Assembly (NCBI RefSeq): GCF_006345805.1
Contig: NC_043001.1
Location: 18,848,001-18,912,000 of the forward strand
DNA length: 64,000 bases
Source of the DNA: Octopus sinensis
Lineage: Eukaryota
Direction: 5' to 3'
The position numbers were made by a program, and so were the translations under genes. The notes beneath the pieces were generated by a model, which worked only from the letters and a program-made list of their open reading frames with translations, did not search any database and was not told the origin of the DNA. This document shows, one piece after another, positions 50,894-63,447 of this stretch. The first letter of the stretch is position 1, and every line of letters starts with the position of its first letter.

Positions 50894-51351
50894 CATGCAT
50901 ATACATAAATGATTTTTAAGTGTATGTATGGTGTGTGTGTGTGTGTGTGTGTGTGTTGCTTCTGTGTAGTTATCATTAGAAAAAACAACTTATCTGCAAT
51001 CAGTCAAAATGTACAAAGAACAGAAAGCAAAAAACAAAAACATCAAGCCAGATTTAAAATTTTGCCAAACTCCTAGAACTAAGTACCCTACTGAATAAAT
51101 ATAAATGTTTTACGAACGAAAATAAGATACCTAACATAAAAACAGAGCATGCGCAGCTTCTTTCGACATTTCGTATCTGCTTGGAAGCTGTATGTTTGTC
51201 ACGTGTATACTTGTAAATTATCAACACACTGAATGTGGGTTCATGAATACCTTTATATACGGAAAGTTTCAGGAAGATCATTATGCAAAATATCATCAAA
51301 TTATCCGACATGATTCCGAAAACATTTAACTTTCAAGATGTTAAAATATGT

Positions 51352-51578
51352 TTCTTTATTACCCACAAGGGGCTAAACATAGAGGGGACAAACAAGGACA
51401 GACAAACGGAATAATCGATTACATCGACCCTAGTGCGTAACTGGTACTTAATTTGTCGACCCCGAAAGGATGAAAGGTAAATTCGATCTCGCCGGAATTT
51501 GAACTCAGAACGTAACGGCAGACGAAATAGGGCTACGCATTTCGCCCGGCGTGCCCACGTTTCTACCAGCTCGCCGCC
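51352..51578 (-). mobile_element. SINE family C, full length
   Basis: ttctttattacccacaagggg...ctaccagctcgccgcc. Confidence 0.9.
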
Positions 51579-51899
51579 TTCTATAAATTAATAATTAGAC
51601 GCATTATTATTTATTTATGCGCCCTTTTCAAGCCTAGCCAGGCTCATGGGCCTGGTTTCCCGGTTTCTGTGGAGTATGCGTCTTGGTAGCTATCAAAATT
51701 CCAATCACATACGGTGAAGTAGAGGAAATTAGACTTCTAGTTTGCAGTTTTCAGTAGATTATATTTTCTCTTAAGCTTATCTTTAAGTTGTTCCCCAGCC
51801 TGGGCTGTCATGATCCGTTTTTTTGGCTTCAAATAAGATGCTTATAATAGAAGACGGATATTGTTCAGTAATTTTACGAGTTGTTTGGTAATTTGTTTT

Positions 51900-52955
51900 C
51901 ATACATACATACATACATACGTACATACATGCATACATGCATACATACATACATACATACATACATACATGCATGCATACATACATACATACATACATAC
52001 ATACATACATGCATACATACATACATACATACATGCATACATACATACATACATACATACATACATACATACATGCCATACATACATACATACATACATA
52101 CATACATACATGCATACATGCATACATACATACATACATACATACATGCATACATACATACATACATACATACATACATACTTACATACATACATACATA
52201 CATGCATACATACATACATACATACATACATACATACATGCATACATACATACATACATACATACATACATACATACATACATACATACATGCATACATA
52301 CATAGATACATACATACATACATGCATACATACATACACACACATACATACATACATACATACATACATACATACATACATACATACATGCATACATACA
52401 TGCATACATACATACATGCATACATACATACATACATACATACATGCATACATACATACATACATACACACATACATACATACACACATACATACACACA
52501 TACATACACACATACATATATACATACATACATGCATACATACATGCATACATACATACATACATACATACATACATGCATACATACATACATACATACA
52601 TACATGCATACATGCATACATACATACATACATACATACATGCATACATGCATACATACATACATACATACATACATGCATACATACATACATACATACA
52701 TACATACATACATGCATACATACATACATACATACATACATACATGCATACATACATACATACATACATGCATACATACATACATACATACATACATACA
52801 TACATGCATACATAATACATACATACATACATACATACATACATACATGCATACATACATACATACATACATACATGCATACATACATACATACATACAT
52901 ACATACATGCATACATACATACATACATACATACATACATACATACATACATACA

Positions 52956-52987
<32 letters not shown>

Positions 52988-53404
52988 CATGCATGCAAAC
53001 ATTTATACATACACACATACTTACATACAAACACACATATGTATATACGTGCATGCATGCTTACATACATACATACATACATAAATACATATATACTCAC
53101 ACGTATACACATATATACATACATACTTACATACATGCATACATACATACATACATGCATGCACATATCTATACATGCACACATACATACACACACATAC
53201 GTATATACATACATACATACATGCATACATACATGCATACATACATACATACATGCATACATACATACATACATACGCACACATAAACATACATGCATGC
53301 AAACATCTATACATGCACGCATACATACATACATACATACGTACATACATACATACATACATACATACATACATACATACATACATACATACATACATAC
53401 ATAC
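51900..53404. repeat. About 1.5-kb (CATA)n/(CATG) microsatellite
   Basis: Directly visible; source of the 290-548-aa MYVC/HTYI ORFs. Confidence 0.97.
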
Positions 53405-53490
53405 GGTGATTTCAGTGAGTGACCGCGTGTGTACCGCTGGCGATGTTTTTCCTCCATTTTCCCTTCTTTGGACTTTTTCTTTTTTCCTAT

Positions 53491-53524
53491 ATTTCTGACG
53501 AAGAGCTCCGCTCGAAACATTTAA
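53491..53524 (+). ncRNA. Degenerate minimal hammerhead motif in a PLE-like terminal repeat fragment (about 53405-53625)
   Basis: CTGACGA-A-GAGC-tcc-GCTC-GAAAC-AT; stem III mismatch (ACAT instead of ACGT) and weak stem I. Confidence 0.55.
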
Positions 53525-53906
53525 TCCTCCTTCTTTCTTTCCTTTTCTGAGCGTCCAATAACACTATACTTGCTCCACGTCCTCGCCTTGTTATGTTTTC
53601 TCTTTGTTCATGTTTAGATTAACTATGCATACATAATGACTGTCTACTTGTTAGACGAGCATTATTATCGCTGACTGATATATCAAGCAATGTCTGTACG
53701 AGGGTTGGACAACACCACAACGACCCTTACTAGCAAATACCAAGAAGCACAAAGATAGGCAAAGTGCAGAGTAATACGGATCAGGAGAGCAAGGCGTTTT
53801 ATACAGTTACAAAACCTACTTCTGTATCATCATGGTCATTTCCTGGATCTTTATAATTACTCAACCAACAACAAAATCTGTTTTAACACCACTGTCAGTT
53901 TAAGTA

Positions 53907-54472
53907 TTGGGTTGTCCAGAAAGTTCGTGCCGATTTATAGCAGCTTACCTTTCGACTTATTTTACAACATGGTTGAGTCCATAAAATAGGATTTGACTAC
54001 ACCTCCATTTAGAGCACAGTTTTAGCTATCTTTTCGTGGAAGAGGGTTTATGTTCCTATAACCTGTGTTAATTTCTGTAACCCTTTAAAATGGAAGGTAA
54101 GAAAGTTCATTTTCGGCACTTGATGCTTTGGGAACCAGACAGAAATTGCTGCAACTCGGCTGGGATGTGTTACCCCACCCTCCATATTCAGCAAATATTG
54201 CTCCTTCGGATTTGCACTTATTCAAATCTCTGCAGAATAGTCTTAATGGTAAAAATTTCAATTCCTTGGATGACGTAAAAACATACCTTGATGAATTGTT
54301 TGCCACGAAACCACCTCGATTCTGGGAAGAGGGTATTTTCAAGTTAAAGGAAAGATGGAGACACGTTGTACAACAAACTGGTTCATATTTAGTTGATTAA
54401 AATGTAATGGCAAGTATTTATTGACCTTTTTCTTTCCTTTAAAAATCGGCACGAACTTTCCGGACAACCCAA
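53907..54472 (+). mobile_element. Internally deleted mariner (D,D34D family) element with TIRs and TA TSD
   Basis: TIR ttgggttgtccagaaagttcgtgccgattt / aaatcggcacgaactttccggacaacccaa with TA at both ends; MEGKKVHFRHLMLWE joined to TRQKLLQLGWDVLPHPPYSANIAPSDLHLFKSLQN...ERWRHVVQQTGSYLVD*. Confidence 0.92.
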
Positions 54473-54643
54473 TATTTGCTCAGTTGGTAAGAGATAGAGA
54501 TGGCTATTTTACATAGAAATATCTGGAATGTATTGTTTTATTTTTATCTTTTACTTGGAGGGTTGCATCGAAAAATCGACCCCAATACTTATTTTTTGTT
54601 TTAGAAATGCGATAGTTTTGGTGAAGCATTGTAAGTTATAATT

Positions 54644-54779
54644 TTGTTAAAGGAAAGATGGAGACGCATTGTGCAACAAAATGGTTCATATTTGGTTGAT
54701 TAAATATGTAATGGCAAATATTTATTGACCGTTTTCTTTCCTTTAAAAATTGGCACGAACTTTCCGGACAATCCAATAC
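54644..54779 (+). mobile_element. Second 3'-end fragment of the same mariner family
   Basis: aaggaaagatggagacgc...ggcacgaactttccggacaatccaata. Confidence 0.85.
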
Positions 54780-55548
54780 TTTGTACAATGGATATACACG
54801 AGCTGTAAGTGTAGAAAAATTAATCAAGCGAAGGTAAACTTGAACTGGATGCCAGAACTGATGTTCAAATGAAACAATTTCGTTATCGAACTATCATTAC
54901 ATAATACTGAGTCTCTCCATGAATATTACGTATCAGAAATTTGTCTTCAGCAAAGAATTTATCGATTTTTTAAATCTATCGCAACCACTCTTGCTATTGA
55001 ATCTTTGACACCTCTATTTGATGAAAGAGAGCTTCAGCGATATCCCTTGGAGTTACTGTATTATTATCTAACGTTACAATATTTACCAAGATAATTCATT
55101 GCTGTTAGAAAATGTCCATCAAACTTTTCCATTCTATATAACAGTGTATGTACTTTATCGTTTCCAATCTATACGCTTTTGTAGATTACTGTATTCCTGT
55201 ACAAATATATTTAGCGAAAGTGTCGAATTTTCAAGTTGCATCACTTTCAGATGGCTGCGAAATATAACAAAAATACTCTCCAATACTTTGTATTATTAGA
55301 TGTTGATATATAATCCATATATAAAATCTTATGAAATGCTTTGAGGTGAGAAGTTTTGTTTCTGCACTCATATAGCATATCGCTGTGTACAAGTTCAACT
55401 GCACTTTGACACTCAAAAGCACACATATACTCACATATATAAATAATATATATGTATATATACTATATTATATATATATATTATATATATATATTATATA
55501 TATATACATATAAATAATAATAATAAATATATAATAATAATAATAATA

Positions 55549-55588
<40 letters not shown>

Positions 55589-55722
55589 TAATAATAATAA
55601 TTATAATAATAAAATATAATAATAATAATAATAATATATAATAATAATAATATATAATAATAATAAATATTAGGGAATAAATCCAAATTTACTTCATAAT
55701 TTGAAACTGACTTATTGGAAGT

Positions 55723-55765
55723 CCACCTGAAGATTGTCGATCAAGACAAGATACAATTGTAGTGG
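55723..55765 (+). ncRNA. Hammerhead motif with GAAA to GATA core mutation
   Basis: CCAC-CTGAAGA-TTGTC-gatcaa-GACAA-GATAC-AATT-GTA|GTGG; stem III is the palindrome ACAATTGT. Confidence 0.65.
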
Positions 55766-55851
55766 CGGTTTTTTGACTATTTATTAAAATTTTATGTATT
55801 GATTAAGTCTTTCCTTGTTTGTTTTGCAAAATAGTGGTTTTGTCTCTAATA

Positions 55852-55907
<56 letters not shown>

Positions 55908-55912
<5 letters not shown>

Positions 55913-56022
55913 CGTATATGGTAACGTTTTGAGTATACAAATAAAGATCCTTTTCCATTATGCTAGCCAGCGTTACTGTTATGATATATAATATATAATA
56001 TATAACATATATAAATATACAT

Positions 56023-56102
<80 letters not shown>

Positions 56103-56211
56103 CGTATATGGTAACGTTTTGAGTATACAAATAAAGATCCTTTTCCATTTTGCTAGCCAGCGTTACTGTTATGATATATAATATATATAATATATAACAT
56201 ATATAAATTAT

Positions 56212-56230
<19 letters not shown>
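55908..56230. repeat. Tandem duplication, period 190 bp, bounded by (TA)n
   Basis: ttcgtatatggtaacgttttgagtatacaaataaagatcc at 55911 and 56101. Confidence 0.95.
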
Positions 56231-56251
<21 letters not shown>

Positions 56252-56253
56252 TG

Positions 56254-56328
<75 letters not shown>

Positions 56329-57016
56329 GTCTGTGCGTGTGTGTGTGTGTGCATGGATACGTATATGAGTGTGTAGCCAATATGCGAGGTAGCGCCGAAA
56401 ACTCTGTATTGGCGAAAGGATATACATAAATTAAATGAGACAGGCAACCGGAGTAAAATTTGAAGCAAAAGAAGAAACAGAAACGGCAAATATTATGGAG
56501 AGTCATACAAGAGAAAGCATGAACCTGGAAATCGCAGAAATATAAAACGAAAAGCAACAAAGAAGCGGAAGGTTGTGTACAATGAACCTTAACGTGCTCA
56601 AGGGAGGAAAACTGAATACAATCTGCTGTTGAGGTTGATATTCTATATCAGAACAAGAGAAAGGATAGAAACGGAATTAAGAAGCAAGGTAAAACTGGAA
56701 AAATCTACGACTGCACAAAAAAAAAAATAATAATAAAGAGAAAAAGAAAAAGCAGAAGAAAGTCGTCTGTTCACATGAAAGGCCTCAGAATGTTTTTCGC
56801 TTTTTTTTTATTCCTTTATACTTTTCTGGCACGTGATTTCACTTGTCTCACTCTGTGTTGTAATTTTATCCATGTAACCTTTGTGATTTTTGCCTATATA
56901 GATATATACATACGTAAGTCCTTGTTCGTATGTATATGCATATATGTGTATATATGTATATATATATATGTATGTATATATATATATATATTATATATAT
57001 TATAATATATATATAT

Positions 57017-57073
<57 letters not shown>

Positions 57074-57083
57074 GTATATATAT

Positions 57084-57502
57084 GAGTGGTTGTGTGGTAC
57101 GTTACTTGCTTACCAACAACATGGTTCCGGTTCAGTCCCACTGCGTGACACTTGGGCAAGTTTCTTCTACTATAGCCTCGGACCGACCAAAGCCTTGTGA
57201 GTAGATTTGGTAGACGGAAACTGAAAGAAGCCCGTCGTATATATGTATATATATATATATGTGTGTATATATGTGTGTGTATATGTTAGTGTGTCTGTGT
57301 TTGTCCCCCAACATCGCTTGACAACCGATGCTGGTGTGTTTACCTCCCCGTAACTTAGCGGTTCGACAAAAGTGACCGATAGAATAAGTACTAAGGCTTA
57401 CAAAGAATAAGTCCTGGGGTCGATTTGCTCGACTAGAGGCGGTGCTCCAGCATGGCCACAGTCAAATTACTGAAACAAGTAAAAGAGTAAAAGAGTAAAG
57501 AG
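57084..57502 (+). mobile_element. SINE family B, full length
   Basis: gagtggttgtgtggtac...ctgaaacaagtaaaagagtaaaagagtaaagag. Confidence 0.9.
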
Positions 57503-57642
57503 TATATATATATTCCGTATAACGACTGATAGCAACATACAGTATATCCCCGGGACTGTATGGCGGTCCATGATGAAACATAACCTCGTAATTTAGCTCA
57601 CTAACACGGCATTTCATAGAATGCTCTTCCTACGTGCACATA

Positions 57643-58041
57643 TTTATATATAAAAGTCAAGTTGTGTGTCTGTCTGTCTCCTACGATTTAGATTCCTAAC
57701 TACTCCCACATTTTGCGGTGCAGTTTAACCAAAACTGGGTATCTTACAGTCGTGATTCATATCGAGCCCTTCTGGGTATTAGCGCGCGTCTACGATGAGT
57801 CTACGATTTAAAAAAAAATTACCATCATTTTTTTCCATTTTAATGCATTTTTTCGCTATTATATAAGGGAAGTAACTCTCTAAAAATGTCTACGATGAGT
57901 CGATGATTTTTAAAAGAAATTACCATAATTTTTTTTCCATTCTTAATGCATTTTTTTGCTATTTTTTGGCTATAACACTCTAAAAATGCTTATATAATTA
58001 TTTCCCTTACAAACCCGAGCAACGCCGGGCGATACTGCTAG
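57643..58041 (+). mobile_element. Non-autonomous Helitron (second internal type)
   Basis: 5' (TA)n-aaaagtcaagttgtgtgtctgtctgtc; 3' aaacccgagcaacgccgggcgatactgCTAG|T identical to the end of 16540-16913. Confidence 0.8.
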
Positions 58042-58681
58042 TTTGAAATAAGTTTTTAATACTGTGGTTCTATGACACAGTTATTAACCATAATTTGAAG
58101 GATCATACCCAAGCAAAATTTTACGCATACCAACACAACTACTTCTTTCGCTTAATGAAAAATTTCCTCTTCCGTTATTTTCACAATGAAAGCTTTCTAT
58201 GTATCGGTGCAGCAAACCGGCACTGATATTCTTAAAAACCTATTTTAAGAATAGGTTCTTATCAAACATTACCATATTGTTTCTGTGATATACTGCCACC
58301 CTTTATTGAGTCAAAATTGGCGTCTGATACACTTAACTCGATGTATGAAGGACCACTTCATATTCGCTAAAGACATAATGCTTGAGGTAGAACACTTTCA
58401 TACAAATAATTACTACATTCCAAGACATTTAGATGACCTACTTTTCTGAATGAAGTACATCTGAACTGATGCTTCGTGCGGCTTTCTTTTGAGACGTGTA
58501 CCGAGGTTTATTCAAAATACAAACGAGAATATCCTCCAGAAAGAAATTTAGTTTTTGAAATGAATTGAAACGTTTGAGCCAATCTAAAGCTGTCCCCAAA
58601 CATTTTGAAACGTTGACCTTACCTTTATTCTTTAGGGTCTTATAGTAATTTCAGTCCTATACATTAGAGATAGATAGATAA

Positions 58682-58731
<50 letters not shown>

Positions 58732-58820
58732 GTAAAAAGATGGCCAGCTACACACGCAAGCACGTATACACATACACACAAGCACACGCACATATATAAA
58801 TATATACATATTATGCATGC

Positions 58821-58859
<39 letters not shown>

Positions 58860-59168
58860 TATATATAGTGTGGTGGTGTGTGTGTGTGTGTGTGTGGTGT
58901 ATGCATGCATGTATGGATAGATACAAAACTGTCGAGAATAGGAGATAGGATTTGGATAAAACTATTCATTTAGCGATTTCGTCCCTTTGAGGAGCGAAAG
59001 AGCTAAATATATTTATATATACGCACATATGCACGCACATACACATACGCACACATGCAAACGTACATGCATACATACACACATACATACATGCATACAT
59101 AAATGCATACATACATTCACAGACAGACTCACACACTCAACACACACACACACAAATATATATTATAT

Positions 59169-59205
<37 letters not shown>

Positions 59206-59427
59206 TATATATATATTATATTATATATATATATATATAGTAATACTAAGTATTAAGGGTTTAGCAACGATTTGCCTCACCACACACCGAATTTAGAAAT
59301 AGCAGTCAAAGAGTTATGGCTATTCTTTCTACTTAAAAGGGAGATCCCAGTAAAACCATAGCACTTAAAAGGCAAACAACGCAGGCAAAAGATAAAGAAA
59401 TGACGATAATCATTCTACATTAAGTCA

Positions 59428-59518
59428 CCTACGGACGTACGTTTCGGAATTAAGCCATAGGAAAGCATAAAAATTAAATAATTATGTCTTATCTAACTAT
59501 TTTCCTCCTCAGCGTAGG
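59428..59518 (-). ncRNA. Type I hammerhead ribozyme with intact core
   Basis: Minus strand: CCTACG-CTGAGGA-GGAA-[52-nt loop]-TTCC-GAAAC-GTACGT-C|CGTAGG. Stem I is 6 bp, stem III is the palindrome ACGTACGT, and the cleavage triplet is GUC. Confidence 0.85.
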
Positions 59519-59639
59519 ACTCTACAATTATAAATAATTGCGTCTCAATCATTAATAATTGTGTATTAAATTTGAAGGCACTAGAAGACATCACCTCAAC
59601 TCATGGTATCAGGACAAAATACCAAAAAGAAGACGCACA

Positions 59640-59870
59640 AATTTAGAACAGGACACCAACTACGAGTGAAAAATGTGTAAGTACATAACGAAAGACAATT
59701 CATTTAAGACTTAATTCACCAAAGGGCAAACCGCATATGGTATCACAGGAAAGAACTATTTCACTATTTCAAACGAACATTGAAAAAAGTTCTTTAGCAA
59801 GAATACATATCAGAACTGTTTTGTTTTTATCATGAAACTTAAAATAATGGAATTCTAGTGCCTTCTGACA
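59640..59870 (+). pseudogene. Possible decayed GIY-YIG endonuclease region of a Penelope-like element
   Basis: Weak similarity KYITKDNSFKT and EKSSLARIHI to the PLE motifs YIGxTxxxFKxR and xSTxLxxYIW; heavily broken. Confidence 0.3.
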
Positions 59871-59957
59871 ACTGTATTAAATATATTTACCGAGCATTTT
59901 GAAATCGTGAACTCTTTGCTGTATTTGTTATATTGCCTACAAATATAATAATATCAA

Positions 59958-60039
59958 GGCGCAGGAGTGGCTGTGTGTACCATCCACTTAGTTCCGGGTT
60001 CAGTCCCACTGCGTGGCACCTTGGGCAAGTATCTTCTAC
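59958..60039 (+). mobile_element. SINE family B, 5' fragment
   Basis: ggcgcaggagtggctgtgtg...gggttcagtcccactgcgtggcaccttgggcaagt. Confidence 0.8.
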
Positions 60040-60141
60040 TTGCATTCGGTACGATATGTTTATTTAGTAGTTTTGATTTCAAGTGTCCCGCCTAGCGTGT
60101 AGCATTTATGTGTAATAATGCCCTCTATATATAATATATAT

Positions 60142-60186
<45 letters not shown>

Positions 60187-60255
60187 AATATGTATGTATA
60201 TATATATATGCATATATATATATACACATATGCGCACATATATACATACATACAT

Positions 60256-60303
<48 letters not shown>

Positions 60304-60309
<6 letters not shown>

Positions 60310-60467
60310 CAAAATAAGCAACAAGAATAACTTCGGTAATTTGTAAGTATTACAACAGTTTTAAAAGCATTTTAAAACTGTTGTAATACTTACAACATTT
60401 AATAAAATGATGTGCGAAACGATCGTACCAAATTACCGGTGTTATTCTTGTTACTTACTTTGATTAT
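60304..60467. repeat. Nested inverted repeats with a hammerhead 3'-half remnant
   Basis: Outer imperfect 40-bp arms (60304-60343 / 60429-60467); inner perfect 26-bp arms (60341-60366 / 60370-60395); GAAAC-GATC-GTA at 60416-60427. Confidence 0.85.
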
Positions 60468-61205
60468 AATCACCCCATGGATTTATATGGATAATACCGC
60501 ACAAAATTCTGGTGCATCTAACTTAAGTACCATATTCATTTGAATCTAAATTTTGCTGAACTTATATATATACGCTGCATTGATAAAGTGTGTGTGTGTG
60601 TGTGTGTGTATTGATATGTAAATTATGTATATATAAATATTAGTAACTTTTTCTATTATTCATGATATGTTTACAATTAGTTTTACTCATTCGGTTTTCA
60701 ATCAACCAACCGTAACTAAGACAAAGGAATTCAAATTTGTTAACCAATTATATTTAGCATATGATTAAAAATAATCGCTCCCCAATCACCGATAGATTTA
60801 AACTACTAAAATATTAATAAATAACGAATAACAAAAATAATATAGTCTATCTCTTATCCCTTAATACACGATCTTTTATTACACAATACTCTGTGAAATT
60901 ATATACTTTCGTTAAGATGTAAAGGAAATAAAATCTCATATAAATATTTGTGTGTATTTGTATGTAGGAATATATATGTATTTACATCTATTTGTTGCAC
61001 CCACGCATGTATTTATGTGTATGATGAATTATAATACAGTAACTCTAGTATAACTGTTATGATATTATGATGTATGAATATATTGACTATGTTTTTAAAA
61101 TTAATAAGATTACATCTATCACATATGTCTGTTTATTGTATTATGGTATACTATATATTTGAATCTCCTATACTGTGTATTGTGAAATAAAGATAGCACA
61201 GAAAC

Positions 61206-61274
<69 letters not shown>

Positions 61275-61463
61275 TAATAATAATTATCATATTAGTAATT
61301 AAATATTATTTATAAACTCATAGACATGGACGTGTATGTTGCTCTCCAGTATGTGTGTGTATATATATATGTATATATGTATGAATAATTGTTCTATATG
61401 TTTGTACGTATGTTTAATTATGTCTATTTATATGTTTATATACATATATAGTGTATATATTTG

Positions 61464-61514
<51 letters not shown>

Positions 61515-61567
61515 ATTTGTACGTGTATCGTGTTTCATGTATATATTTATATCTTGAATGTACTTTA

Positions 61568-61694
61568 TAATCTCTGACGAGGCCTATGGAAATATATAAG
61601 TACCTCACTTGTAACTGCCTACAACCTCAATAAATTGACTTGTTTGAGCATAAAAAGTTACTTTTTCCAAAGGCTGAAACAGCTGTAAGTGATT
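61568..61694 (+). ncRNA. Type I hammerhead ribozyme motif with extended stem II
   Basis: aatct-CTGACGA-GGCCTaTGGAAA-[about 70 nt]-TTTCCAaAGGCT-GAAAC-AGCT-GTA|agtgatt; stem III is the palindrome ACAGCTGT; stem I is imperfect. Confidence 0.75.
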
Positions 61695-61845
61695 TTAATG
61701 ATTACAGTAATTAATGTGATGGTTTTTTAAAATTGTATTCTTGCCTTATATGTATTGAATTTTAATGCATATATGTATGTTATTATGGTTCTCGTTTTGT
61801 TAAATAAATAAGTTAACATTCTAATATCCTAAATCTGATAAACCA

Positions 61846-62161
61846 GTGTAACCAAAACCGGGTATCTTATAGTCGTGATTCATATCGAGCCCTTCTGGGT
61901 ATTAGCGTGCGTCAACGATGAGTCTACGATTTAAAAAATAATTTGCCATAATTTTTTCCCATTTTTAATGCATTTTTTGCTATTATATAATGGAAGTAAC
62001 TCTCTAAAAATGTATTACTAAATCTCAGAACGTAAAAAGCTACAGTAACACTCCCATTTGTGGTTAGCCATATTTAGATGGCTATTATACTTTACGTCTC
62101 TAAAAATGCTTATAGAGTTATTTCCCTTACAAACCCGAGCAACGCCGGGGGATACTGCTAG
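61846..62161 (+). mobile_element. 5'-truncated non-autonomous Helitron, same type as 57643-58041
   Basis: aaccaaaaccgggtatcttatagtcgtgattcatatcgagccc...aaacccgagcaacgccgggggatactgCTAG|T. Confidence 0.8.
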
Positions 62162-62437
62162 TATATATATATATATATAATGTTATTGATTAGTTGTTAT
62201 TCATTTGCTTATAATACACCATAAGGATTAACGATACGTCGGATACCCTGGAGTTTACCAAACAACGTATGATCAACACAACATGAACTCTGGACCTGCT
62301 CCTGGGCGTACGAGTGGTTTTATCTCTGTGCACTACCTGAATATCCTACTGTATATCTAATCGACCATAGGTGGTGACCACAGGCTTATCCAACCCTACC
62401 TGGTGATATTCTTTTAAGTACCTTATTCTCTCAAAAT

Positions 62438-62496
<59 letters not shown>

Positions 62497-63044
62497 GAGT
62501 GAGAGAGCAGTGCATGCCATCAAAGTGGCACTGGGGTAAAATATACGAAGCCCAATATACCCATCATGACTACCCGTCTGATAAGGGTACACCAGGCACA
62601 TGCATCACAACCATATGTGCGCGACATGGTGATCTCATATCAAGATAAACAGCACATGACCTTGCAGGTGGGGCCCACTTAGAATTTTCTTCAGGTTGAG
62701 TAGCCTCCCGCTCAAAAGGTCTCTGAATGGGTTGTTAAGGATGTTGAAAGAACCACCCATGTTTCCAGAGGTGAATTATTCAAACCCCAAAGAATCCCTC
62801 TCAACACATGGCTATGATGCTCCCCCCCTACTCTGCTCGTGATCAGAGATGCACATATCGTCAGCCACTAAAGGACATGCTCAACTGGTTAAGGTCAAAC
62901 AACTGACAAGCAAATCTGTGGTATTGAGCAGAATATTTGCTGTAGCCCATCTTTTATACCAAGACAAAACAATGTACATGATAACACTTCCAATCAGTTA
63001 AGATCAGAAGCCATGAGAGCCACTGCCTGGTACTGCATCAGGGC

Positions 63045-63047
<3 letters not shown>
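62497..63047. mobile_element. 551-bp non-coding interspersed element embedded in (TTA)n
   Basis: gagtgagagagcagtgcatgccatcaaag...gcctggtactgcatcagggcatt with (TTA)n on both flanks; second copy at 28012-28480. Confidence 0.85.
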
Positions 63048-63137
<90 letters not shown>

Positions 63138-63151
63138 CATCATCATTATTA

Positions 63152-63185
<34 letters not shown>

Positions 63186-63202
63186 CATTATCATCATTAT
63201 CA

Positions 63203-63292
<90 letters not shown>

Positions 63293-63385
63293 TATTCAGT
63301 AGTTTTATTTTTATAGCGTGCTTTCACTTCACTACCGAGCGCAGCTCTGTGTGCCTTGGGTATGTGCTGTGATTTGTTGTGATGC

Positions 63386-63445
<60 letters not shown>

Positions 63446-63447
63446 CA
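63048..63447. repeat. (TTA)n/(TCA) microsatellite region
   Basis: Directly visible, with a short unique interruption near 63300-63385. Confidence 0.9.

Noticed and set aside
51861-53520. Long ORFs of 290-548 aa (MYVC/HTYI repeats)
   Set aside because: They are translations of the (CATA)n array, which lacks stop codons in most frames; not genes.
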